From a virus, in the IMG/VR virus record IMGVR_UViG_3300030060_004050, positions 1 to 64,000 of that record: 64,000 nucleotides of DNA; one strand, 5' to 3'. Below are positions 14,863 through 23,428 of the stretch, piece after piece; the stretch's first letter is position 1, and every line of letters starts with the position of its first letter. The notes below the pieces were generated by a model. That model ran no database searches. It saw only the letters and a program-made list of their open reading frames with translations, and had not been told where the DNA came from. Position numbers and translations under genes: made by a program.

Positions 14863-16502
14863 TGAAACTTAGTAAAAGAGATTTTAAATCGTTTAATAAG
14901 GAGGAGCAAGAACTTCTCTCAATGGTTGCTACTATGACAACTGGTGGATCCCCGGTTGTGGAACCTAAAAATTTACATCTCATGACAAAACAAGGGATGA
15001 AAGAAACCCTTGACATGATGAAAAAGGAACAGAAAAATATGTCATCAAAGGGTAAAAAGTTAGTGCAGTCAATTCTCAAAAAAGCCAAACCTCTAGCAGA
15101 GCAGGTTCAGTTTAGTCAGTACGGTAGGAAACGTCCTGACGAAGAAGAGATTCGTAAGATCGCACAGATGACACTGAACAATGCAAAGAGAAACATGGAG
15201 AAACTGGCTCCTGAAATGAAGGGTATGATGAAACCCGGAGCCGTTCGTCCACTTGAGACTGGTCAGCCTGGTGCTGTAAGTGCTGATCTTGGGTTTGATG
15301 ATCTTGCAGGGATGGTAAGAAAACCATCTCTACCTCCACCACCATCTACTGGATCACCAGTGATGCCTGGTATGGAACAGAAACCACCTATGCCTCCAGC
15401 ACCAACAATGGACGATCAACCCGCACTTCCACCTAAACCCAGACAAGCACCCCCACCTCCCGGTGGTATGCCTGGAATGCCTCCAATGCCTGGTATGGGT
15501 GGTCCTCAACCTTCTGAAACCGAAGGACCAAGAGCAATGGAACCTGCAAAGGACTTTGCTCAGAGGATGGGAATCAAAGATGTCGAAAGACACCATCTTC
15601 GTCCAGAAGAGGACGATGCTCCTGTAGACATGGCTCCAGAAACCGCAGATGCTCCCGGACCAGGAATGCCCCCTGCTGGTATGATGGCTCCACAAGCAGG
15701 TCCACAACAAGGACAACCAGTTCCTCCACAACTAGCACAAGATCCTGCTGCACCCAAGGAGATGCCTCGACAACTTCCTCCCGGAACAACCGAAGCATCA
15801 CAAGAGTTTATTGACAAGTATGCAGGTCAAATCAAGTCTTTCCTAAAGAACATTGCAAGGGAAGAAGAGGAAAAGTTTGCTAGGGCCAGAGATCTCACTG
15901 CTATGCCAAAAGCACCTATGAAAGAACAAGCAGTCAACGCAGTCGGTAGTGGTATGTCTCCTGTTGTCGGTGGAGAGGGTGAGATCAAAGGACGAGACAA
16001 GATGCTTGGTGGTAAGACTGCTGGAATGCGTCGGCGCAAAATGATGGAAAATCATACATATAGAACAAACCTTCAAGGAGAAGATGACATGAATCTAAAC
16101 GAACAACTACAACAAGCATATGAAGCCGGAAAACAGTCTGCTTTGAATGAGCAGATGTCAGGCGGTGGCGTAGGTCCTATCTTTACACCCGGACAAAGAC
16201 CAACTAGTCCTTCCCTCCAACCCAACTACGTTCCTCCCGCAGCAAATCCAAACTATAACCCAGGCCAACCCGGACATGTTCCCGGTGCAAAACCAAGAAA
16301 GCCTGGGACGGGTGGATTCCGGATTCCCGCTAGATTTGATAAGAATGGTGATGGAAAGATTGATGCTAAAGAAAGAAGAGCATATATTGAATATATGAGG
16401 CAAATGTACAAAAGATATCTTGAATATAGGCGAACCACCAATGACAATCCTCCGATGCCTTTCAATCAATATTTCAACCAACAAGGATCAAGTCAACTAT
16501 AA
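14862..16502 (+). CDS. Pro/Met-rich multi-module putative head polyprotein (contains a gp23-like segment, a second leader and an EF-hand-like loop)
   Basis: Several xxE|Q sites; EQAVNAVGSGMSPVVGGEGEIKGRD; internal AAGGAG RBS with ATG at 16089; DKNGDGKIDAKE. Confidence 0.65.
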   Translation: MKLSKRDFKSFNKEEQELLSMVATMTTGGSPVVEPKNLHLMTKQGMKETLDMMKKEQKNMSSKGKKLVQSILKKAKPLAEQVQFSQYGRKRPDEEEIRKIAQMTLNNAKRNMEKLAPEMKGMMKPGAVRPLETGQPGAVSADLGFDDLAGMVRKPSLPPPPSTGSPVMPGMEQKPPMPPAPTMDDQPALPPKPRQAPPPPGGMPGMPPMPGMGGPQPSETEGPRAMEPAKDFAQRMGIKDVERHHLRPEEDDAPVDMAPETADAPGPGMPPAGMMAPQAGPQQGQPVPPQLAQDPAAPKEMPRQLPPGTTEASQEFIDKYAGQIKSFLKNIAREEEEKFARARDLTAMPKAPMKEQAVNAVGSGMSPVVGGEGEIKGRDKMLGGKTAGMRRRKMMENHTYRTNLQGEDDMNLNEQLQQAYEAGKQSALNEQMSGGGVGPIFTPGQRPTSPSLQPNYVPPAANPNYNPGQPGHVPGAKPRKPGTGGFRIPARFDKNGDGKIDAKERRAYIEYMRQMYKRYLEYRRTTNDNPPMPFNQYFNQQGSSQL

Positions 16503-16517
16503 TTTTATAAAAAATAA

Positions 16518-16545
16518 TTGACTTTTGATAATTTTGTTGTATACT
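16518..16545 (+). promoter_or_regulatory. Sigma70-like promoter TTGACT-N16-TATACT
   Basis: Read directly upstream of the exonuclease gene. Confidence 0.65.
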
Positions 16546-16563
16546 TTATGAAACAGGTGATAT

Positions 16564-17241
16564 ATGGACTTGAAGAAATTTAAACATGTTGTCCTTGAAG
16601 AGGCGTTCAAGGATCTAAACACAGTAAATCAGAACGGACAGCGTTTCTACTCCACACCGGAGGGACACTATCCGTCTGTCACCACCGTAACTGGCTGGGA
16701 GAAGCGAAAGTTTTTCGCTAAATGGAGAGCAGAGAATCCCAAGGAATCTAGGCGAGTCCTTGATCGAGGGAACAAACTACACAGTCTCATCGAAGAGTAT
16801 ATCGACAACTGCTTCGACGACAAGACTCTTGGTGGATTGAATCCGTTCATTCTAGATCTCTTTATCAATCTGAAACCAGAGTTAGACAAGATTGACAACG
16901 TGTACGCACAAGAGGTTCCGTTATGGTCTTCCACACTAGAACTAGCAGGGCGAGTAGATTGTGTTGCTGAGTATGATGGTAAATTATCCATTATCGACTT
17001 CAAGGGTTCTACCAAGAAGAAGAGAAAAGAGGATATCCTCAACTACTTCATGCAAGCAACTGCATATTCTATTATGTGGCAAGAGATGACAGGAAAGAAG
17101 ATTGATAATATTGTAATCTTGATTGCAACAGAGACTGGTGAAACCCAAGTCTTCCAAGACAATCCTTTACGATATGTAAAAGCACTTCTCAACTGCATTC
17201 GAAACTACCAAGAAGAAATACTAGTCAATAACGAGATCTAG
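16564..17241 (+). CDS. Exonuclease, PD-(D/E)xK / Cas4-like (cyanophage ExoA type)
   Basis: Motifs YPSVTTV, RGNKLH, QEVPL, LAGRVDC, IIDFK, YFMQATAY. Confidence 0.85.
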   Translation: MDLKKFKHVVLEEAFKDLNTVNQNGQRFYSTPEGHYPSVTTVTGWEKRKFFAKWRAENPKESRRVLDRGNKLHSLIEEYIDNCFDDKTLGGLNPFILDLFINLKPELDKIDNVYAQEVPLWSSTLELAGRVDCVAEYDGKLSIIDFKGSTKKKRKEDILNYFMQATAYSIMWQEMTGKKIDNIVILIATETGETQVFQDNPLRYVKALLNCIRNYQEEILVNNEI

Positions 17242-18199
17242 TCTTTCGTCCAGATCTGGTGCTGATTGCATATTTGTTGCCTAGGTAGTGGTGAAGTCTG
17301 GTTAGATTTTTCTCTGACAGTTTGCTGTCATAAATTAAAATCTCTGCGATGTCACCATCATACTTGTCTTTGTATGTTGTGCTACCTCTGCCAGCGACGG
17401 GCACAGATCCCATATGAAGTTTTGCAAGGTCTCCGAGGGCTAAACCCGTGGCGTTTCCAAGTTCAAAAGATGAGTCAGAAGCACTCTTGTGTCCGTCTTG
17501 AAAAAGGAACATTTCTGTTTCTGATTGATCATATACTGCGGTAAAAATATGTGCTTCGTTATCTGATATTGCATTTGCCGCTGTAACGAGATCACCGTTG
17601 GTGGACTTTCCACATATTGAAAACTTAGAGGAATTCTTGATACCCATCCAAAATACATTACGTTCGTTCGAAGCGATAAGGGATCCGATGTTGGTGCTGG
17701 AATAAAGTCCAAAAATTCTTTGACCGTTATCTGATACATCATGAGGTCTACAAACAATCATCACGGTAAAGTCGCTTCCGAAGTCCTCATCGAACAAACC
17801 ACCTGCTTCGTAATCAGAACTCGTTCTTAAATACTCACTGGTTCCATCAAAGGTAATTGCTGGTTTGGAGTTAATCGCACTTGCGGTGTATGTTGGTTGT
17901 TCAGATGAAGTAGAGGAGTGTGCAAAACTTCCTGTGTTTCCCTCGTTTGAAACTGTGTGACTGGAGGTGATGTTGTCTCCATTTGACGGTCCACTAATCT
18001 GATCTGCTCTGAACCAGAAGTAACAACCTGAAATGTCAAGCGGATCGAACCCTGCTGGTCCTCCACCGACATCAATTGTAGAAACTTTTAATGCTGCTTT
18101 CCGTTTACGCAGAACACCTCTAGACGCAGTAGGTTCTGGTCTTCTGTTTGATTTTTGTCTTGCTGGTTTCTTGTTCTTTGTAAACTTTTCGCTTAACAT
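17225..18199 (-). CDS. LamG / concanavalin-like virion protein with a basic N-terminus
   Basis: WFRAD, INSKPAITFDG and GDIAEILIYD...YL.NKY motifs. Confidence 0.7.
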   Translation of the reverse strand: MLSEKFTKNKKPARQKSNRRPEPTASRGVLRKRKAALKVSTIDVGGGPAGFDPLDISGCYFWFRADQISGPSNGDNITSSHTVSNEGNTGSFAHSSTSSEQPTYTASAINSKPAITFDGTSEYLRTSSDYEAGGLFDEDFGSDFTVMIVCRPHDVSDNGQRIFGLYSSTNIGSLIASNERNVFWMGIKNSSKFSICGKSTNGDLVTAANAISDNEAHIFTAVYDQSETEMFLFQDGHKSASDSSFELGNATGLALGDLAKLHMGSVPVAGRGSTTYKDKYDGDIAEILIYDSKLSEKNLTRLHHYLGNKYAISTRSGRKTRSRY

Positions 18200-18200
18200 A

Positions 18201-19292
18201 TCAGTTTGCGTAGTAGCAGTAATTCATTCCCGCATCTACCGTTCCCCGTACATAAATTTTGTTTAGGTTATCCACTTCGACAAAGACTTCTTCTGCATCG
18301 TCGAGATCCCATCCACCAGTCATTGCTGATGTTGATCCAGCAGCAGTGTCATATGAAACGGTAAGTGTACCGGATCCATGCACATTCTTGACACGAACAC
18401 CCGATTTAAGTGCAACGGATGAGGTTCTGATTTGAATACCAGCAGATCCACCATAAGCACCACCTGTGCCAGCAGTACTAGATCCGATGACGTTTGGATT
18501 ATCGACTGCTACCGAACCGATTCCAATGGTAACTCCACCAGCAATTGCGGCAATAGAGTTTGCGAAAGTAAATCCTGTTAGTTCGGCAGAGGTTCCAATG
18601 GTAACTCCACCAGCAACCCCACGAAGATCTGCTGAGAGTCCGCTTACACGATGAACACCGTCCGCACCAGTCCCACCTACCTTGAGTTGACCGAGATAAC
18701 TTGCGATTGCTCTTAATTTAGCAGAAATGGTTCCGATGAATGCACCAGTTGTTCCTCTTGCCTTTGCAGCAGTTGCGTTGGTAGAGAATGTCGAACCAGT
18801 GTCAGTTGTCGCACCAACGTGAGGAATTGCTCCACCAACCGTGGAACCTGCAACCGGAACGTATGCGCCGTTAGTAGTTCCTGCCACTGCAATAAACGAA
18901 CCAGTTGCAGAACCTGCGTTTACATTAGAGATGTCTACTTGTGCTGCTGATCCACCTTGGTTAACAAGGTTGACATCTACGGCTCTGCTAGAGGATCCGC
19001 TGATTGCAGATGTGCTTACTGCGGCACCAGCAGAGGATCTAAGTTGAACTGGAAGTGGTCTAGCACCACCAGTTGTTCCAGTTGTAGTAGATACTTCCTC
19101 GTCTGCCCAATAAAACTCTCCAGTTGAACCCCAAGCAATCTTTACTACCTGACAATCAAGGTCTCCGGTGTATCCGGAAACTCCTGTCGTAATACCAGAT
19201 TGAGTTTGTCCCACTGCTTCGGTAAGAACATAAGAACCTGTGGTTCCCACAACCGCCGAAAGTTGAACTGATCCTTTTTTAGATGCTGCCAT
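18201..19292 (-). CDS. Gly/Thr/Ala-rich virion (fibre or decoration) protein
   Basis: Fibre-like composition, beta-sandwich-like C-terminus (GVRVKN...EVFVEVDNLNKIYV), late motif at 19331. Confidence 0.55.
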   Translation of the reverse strand: MAASKKGSVQLSAVVGTTGSYVLTEAVGQTQSGITTGVSGYTGDLDCQVVKIAWGSTGEFYWADEEVSTTTGTTGGARPLPVQLRSSAGAAVSTSAISGSSSRAVDVNLVNQGGSAAQVDISNVNAGSATGSFIAVAGTTNGAYVPVAGSTVGGAIPHVGATTDTGSTFSTNATAAKARGTTGAFIGTISAKLRAIASYLGQLKVGGTGADGVHRVSGLSADLRGVAGGVTIGTSAELTGFTFANSIAAIAGGVTIGIGSVAVDNPNVIGSSTAGTGGAYGGSAGIQIRTSSVALKSGVRVKNVHGSGTLTVSYDTAAGSTSAMTGGWDLDDAEEVFVEVDNLNKIYVRGTVDAGMNYCYYAN

Positions 19293-19343
19293 TTATTTTT
19301 CTCCTGATGATCAAAATCTTGATTACTTTATATGTATAAGCAG

Positions 19344-19371
19344 TTGACATTTTGCTCATGTGTTGTATAAT
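19344..19371 (+). promoter_or_regulatory. Sigma70-like promoter TTGACA-N16-TATAAT
   Basis: Both hexamers are perfect; upstream of gp33. Confidence 0.75.
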
Positions 19372-19396
19372 TTCCTATATAGAAAGGAGATTCAAT

Positions 19397-19609
19397 ATGA
19401 GTGTAACTGAGTTTGATTTTTGCCAGTTGGTTGAGCAGGAAGCAAAGATATGCGATTCTTACATTAGAGCCGTTATTAATTCTTGCGAATCATTTGACAT
19501 AGACTTTTCCGCCGGAGCAAGACTTCTGTCGAAACCTCTGATTGAGAAGATTCAGCAAGAAGGCGAGGATTCTGATCTCCTCCCAAAAATTACAAAATTA
19601 CCAGTATAA
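19397..19609 (+). CDS. gp33: Late-transcription coactivator gp33
   Basis: F...VE.......YI.AV...CE...I......LLSKPL.EKI..E pattern; immediately before gp32; start at ATG 19397 after AAAGGAG. Confidence 0.75.
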   Translation: MSVTEFDFCQLVEQEAKICDSYIRAVINSCESFDIDFSAGARLLSKPLIEKIQQEGEDSDLLPKITKLPV

Positions 19610-19612
19610 TAC

Positions 19613-19640
19613 TTGACAACAGTCATAAATACTGTATACT
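19613..19640 (+). promoter_or_regulatory. Sigma70-like promoter TTGACA-N16-TATACT with embedded CATAAATA
   Basis: Upstream of the A/C-rich unstructured gp32 leader. Confidence 0.7.
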
Positions 19641-19688
19641 TAACATACTTTCATACATCGTACACAACAAGAAAACAAAGGAGTACAT

Positions 19689-20573
19689 ATGTCGTTCAAA
19701 GATCTAAAAAGCAATTCCCGTTCTAGTTTCGAAAAGTTGACTGGTGAACTAAACAAGTTGACCAGCAAGAGTGAGTCCTACAAGGATGATCGTCTTTGGA
19801 AACCAGAAACTGACAAGGCAGGTAACGGATATGCGGTTATCCGATTCCTCCCTGCACCACAAAACGAGGAACTACCGTGGGTTCGAGTGTTCAATCATGG
19901 GTTCAAGGGACCTGGTGGTTGGTACATCGAGAACTCTCTCACCACACTGGGACAGAAGGATCCTGTGTCGGAAATGAACAGTCAACTGTGGAACAGTGGT
20001 GTTGATTCTGACAAGGAGATCGCAAGACAGCGTAAGCGTCGTCTAAGTTACTTCGCAAACATCTACGTTGTTTCTGATCCCAAGAATCCCGAGAACGAAG
20101 GAAAGGTTTTCCTTTACAAGTTCGGTAAGAAGATCTTTGATAAGATCATGGACAAGATGCAACCTGAGTTTGAAGATGACGAAGCAGTCAACCCATTTGA
20201 CATGTGGACTGGTGCAAACTTCCGACTCAAGATTCGTAAGGTTGCAGGATTCACCAACTACGACAAGAGTGAATTTGAGTCCGCCTCTGCTCTCCTTGAT
20301 GGTGATGATGAGAAGTTGGAAACCCTCTGGAAGAGTCAGTACTCTCTTCAGGAATTCCTTTCACCTTCTAACTTCAAGTCATACGATGAACTGAAGGAGA
20401 AACTCGACTCCGTGCTAAAGGGTGATGTTCGTCACATGGAGACTGCTGAAAATTCAAACATTCAGCAGGAAGAGCCCAAAACAACTTCAGAAGACACTAG
20501 CAATGCAAGTGATGATTCTTTTGAAAATGAAGATGCATTGTCTTACTTCGAGAAGTTGGCAAACGAAGGTTAA
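19689..20573 (+). CDS. gp32: Single-stranded DNA-binding protein gp32
   Basis: DDRLWKP..DKAGNGYAVIRFLP, WYIENSLTTLGQKDPV and LYKFGKKIFDKI motifs; acidic tail. Confidence 0.97.
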   Translation: MSFKDLKSNSRSSFEKLTGELNKLTSKSESYKDDRLWKPETDKAGNGYAVIRFLPAPQNEELPWVRVFNHGFKGPGGWYIENSLTTLGQKDPVSEMNSQLWNSGVDSDKEIARQRKRRLSYFANIYVVSDPKNPENEGKVFLYKFGKKIFDKIMDKMQPEFEDDEAVNPFDMWTGANFRLKIRKVAGFTNYDKSEFESASALLDGDDEKLETLWKSQYSLQEFLSPSNFKSYDELKEKLDSVLKGDVRHMETAENSNIQQEEPKTTSEDTSNASDDSFENEDALSYFEKLANEG

Positions 20574-20594
20574 GTCGAAACCTTTCGTTAGCAG

Positions 20595-20624
20595 AAACCC
20601 CCCTCTTCGGAGGGGGGTTTTTTT
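20595..20624 (+). terminator. Rho-independent terminator
   Basis: AAACCCCCCTC-TTCG-GAGGGGGGTTT followed by a T run. Confidence 0.88.
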
Positions 20625-22530
20625 ATCCTCTTCTATAATCGTTGTTTGCTGCGGCGAGTAGATCCATCCGATCATGATCACCGAATCCCTCTTCATGATC
20701 ACCTGCTGCAATATAGTTCGTGGTGTTTGTTTGTGAAATGCTAGGCGCATTTACACTATACAACCCAACGTCACGGACTCCGGTTCCAGAGGACAATGCG
20801 AGTTGATTATCAAACACACCAGAGGCATTTCTATCCAGAGTTACCATTCCTGTTACGCTTCTTTGTGTGGGCAACATGGAGATGGGTTTCATACCATCTG
20901 GTCCTAATAATTTTGATTTATCGAATAGTGTTGCTTCAGGAACTAGTGGTATTACATCTATACCACCCTCCATCAGTCCTTGCTCTATTAGTCGTTGGTT
21001 TCTTCTTCTTTGTCCCGCTTCGAATCTGCCACTGGTGATTGGGGTTACTTCTCCTGAGTCTGGATCTCTCTGTAGTCCTTCGAAACCAAATCCTGACATT
21101 GCTTTGTTTATAGTTGCATTGTTTATCATCCAAGGAGTTGTTCCCGTTGGGAACTGACCGGTATCAATAAATCCTGTATTGAATACTAGATTACCGTCTG
21201 GGTTGAAATATTGTAACATGGATAAAGTGCCTTTTAGTGTTGAGGTGGCGATAGGATCAAATAAAGCATTTAACTCTGTCCTAGCATTTTTAAGTTCCAT
21301 CATCGCGGCACCAAATGTATTTTTAGAATCAAATCTTATGATACTAAGTGCCTCTTCTAATGAACGAGGTGAAAGCAGTTGTGCGATTCTCCCTCTATCT
21401 TTAAGTAGAGTTTCTGCTGCTTCAAGGTGCTGAACCCCCTCGCCATCTTCCCCCTTTTCAAATGCTTTGTGTGCTGACTTTATCTGTTCAAAGACGAGTG
21501 CTTCATTTTCTCTCAACAAACCCCGAGCCAATTCCTGACCACTGGTCTCACCCGGCCGGGTTGGTTTACTTGGATCAAGTAGAACCATTCCAGTTCCGGG
21601 AATTACATTACCAAATACATCTCTTTGCACACCCACCGCCTGAGATCGTACAATCCCGTCATCATCTTTTTGCATTGATGGGATGTTTAAAAGAACTTCG
21701 TTTGCTCTAATTTCATCATTTGCTTCTTCGATCATTGCATTACCAATTTGATAGATGGCTTCAGTAATACCAAAACTCACCAAACCACCGAAGAATCTAC
21801 CCATCGAAATTGCTCTTGCTGTTCTAGACAAACCAGTGACAGCACTTGCAGTTCTTCCTGCTCTTGCTGTTTGTGCTGCTCTTTGGGCCTGTATGGCAGC
21901 AAAACCTATTCTACCAGTTTGTGCTACCTTTGTGGTTGCAAAGAATCCCTTTACAAATTGTCCCACTCTTGATTTTGCAAGTGCTTTTAAAGGTCCGGGG
22001 AGAATCATGGTTCCAAGTAAACCAAGATCCATCATGTCCAGTCCACCACCTGCACCCGCAGCACCTGCTGCTCCTGCTGCTCCCGCACGACCTGCTGCAC
22101 CCATACCACCTATAGCAACAATGGATGGATTTCCAACCAGACGATCAGTGTTGGATCTAATTGCTCTAAGATGATCTACTACCTCATCTTCTTTTGCAAC
22201 AACCTCTGATTCCCTTACATCAGCCTCTCTTGTTTCCTCTGCTCTTTCAGATGGAGTGGGTGTAGACTCGGGAGATTCAGGTCTTCTTTTCTTCTTTTCT
22301 CTTTCTAGTTGATCCTCTGCTCTCTTCAGATCACTTTCGGCTCTTCTTCTTTGTGCCTCTGTTACGCTTGCAGGAACATTAGACAGGAATCCACCAACCC
22401 TTGAACCAAGAATGGTAGTAAACAACGAAGCACCACGCTGTCCCGGATCTCCACCGGGAACAAGGTTTGATGCAATCCTTGATTTCGCATCCGCGATTCT
22501 CTTTTCTAGTTGTTCGATTCTATCCGACAC
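20623..22530 (-). CDS. Tape-measure-like / gp29-position protein
   Basis: Helical, Ala/Gly-rich with hydrophobic stretches; directly downstream of gp26-gp51; GTG start. Confidence 0.5.
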   Translation of the reverse strand: MSDRIEQLEKRIADAKSRIASNLVPGGDPGQRGASLFTTILGSRVGGFLSNVPASVTEAQRRRAESDLKRAEDQLEREKKKRRPESPESTPTPSERAEETREADVRESEVVAKEDEVVDHLRAIRSNTDRLVGNPSIVAIGGMGAAGRAGAAGAAGAAGAGGGLDMMDLGLLGTMILPGPLKALAKSRVGQFVKGFFATTKVAQTGRIGFAAIQAQRAAQTARAGRTASAVTGLSRTARAISMGRFFGGLVSFGITEAIYQIGNAMIEEANDEIRANEVLLNIPSMQKDDDGIVRSQAVGVQRDVFGNVIPGTGMVLLDPSKPTRPGETSGQELARGLLRENEALVFEQIKSAHKAFEKGEDGEGVQHLEAAETLLKDRGRIAQLLSPRSLEEALSIIRFDSKNTFGAAMMELKNARTELNALFDPIATSTLKGTLSMLQYFNPDGNLVFNTGFIDTGQFPTGTTPWMINNATINKAMSGFGFEGLQRDPDSGEVTPITSGRFEAGQRRRNQRLIEQGLMEGGIDVIPLVPEATLFDKSKLLGPDGMKPISMLPTQRSVTGMVTLDRNASGVFDNQLALSSGTGVRDVGLYSVNAPSISQTNTTNYIAAGDHEEGFGDHDRMDLLAAANNDYRRG

Positions 22531-22535
22531 TTAAT

Positions 22536-22667
22536 TTACCTCTGTTTTGCTTGTTCCATTTTTTTGTTCTGTTCTTCTATGTGTTGCGTTAAAAGGTTTG
22601 TGTAAACTTCTCTCTCCCATGGCATCATGTTTTCTAACTCTTCCAGCGAATACTTATGGTGTTGCAT
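22536..22667 (-). CDS. gp51: gp51-like baseplate hub / tail assembly chaperone (possibly the C-terminal part of a gp26 frameshift product)
   Basis: Not in the ORF track. Reads MQHHKYSLEELENMMPWEREVY, and the frame stays open upstream to the gp26 T7 run. Confidence 0.85.
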   Translation of the reverse strand: MQHHKYSLEELENMMPWEREVYTNLLTQHIEEQNKKMEQAKQR

Positions 22668-22717
22668 CAATTGAAAATTGAGTTTGTAGAATAACACTAA
22701 GGACTCATGTGAGAGAG

Positions 22718-23410
22718 TCAGAGAAAAAAATCACCAAGTCCCTCCAGCGTTACTTCGTTATCTTTTCCACACTGTGAACATGTATACTGTACGGTATGGC
22801 AAAGTCTAGGCATATCGGCAAAAAACTCAAGGATCTTTTCGAACTGTTCATGTGTTAGGTTTTCAATGAAAGCAACCAGTTCCTTCTTACCAATGGCTTC
22901 AGACTTGAATACTGCTTCACCTTCATAGATCATCTCGATGCAGTCTGCTATTGATGTCAGAGAAAGATCAACACCATCAACCTCTTCTTCTACATTTAGT
23001 GGTGGGTATCTTAGAACCATACCCACGTTTTCTCCGAGTTCTATCTTTTTATTCTTCTCTAGATCCCCAACGACTTGAATTTCAGAGAGGTTTATCTCCG
23101 TTGGATTCTTAAATCTACAGTGTTGACAGATCAGGTTTGGTTCAACGGTTTCACCAACGGACTTTGCTCTAATGTTTATAAACAAATAGCACACATCAAA
23201 GATGGGAATGTTTTCAATATCAAGTTGTTCATATGTGCAAGCATTTACAATGTCCTTAATCGCCTTTGCGATCATCGGATACTCACCACTTTCAAGTGCA
23301 ATCAATAAAACCTTTTCTTCCTTCACAACAAAAGGTCGGTAAAATACCTTTTCACCAGTCGATGGGACATGGATTTGGTATTTTGGTAAAGCAATGCTTG
23401 GTAATTTCAT
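22718..23410 (-). CDS. gp26: Baseplate hub assembly protein gp26
   Basis: LPKY...PSTGEKVFYRPFVVKEEKVLL, IRAKSVGE, CxxC pairs, ends GLGDFF; start after the GGAG RBS. Confidence 0.9.
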   Translation of the reverse strand: MKLPSIALPKYQIHVPSTGEKVFYRPFVVKEEKVLLIALESGEYPMIAKAIKDIVNACTYEQLDIENIPIFDVCYLFINIRAKSVGETVEPNLICQHCRFKNPTEINLSEIQVVGDLEKNKKIELGENVGMVLRYPPLNVEEEVDGVDLSLTSIADCIEMIYEGEAVFKSEAIGKKELVAFIENLTHEQFEKILEFFADMPRLCHTVQYTCSQCGKDNEVTLEGLGDFFL

Positions 23411-23428
23411 AGTATTCTCCATTTTATA

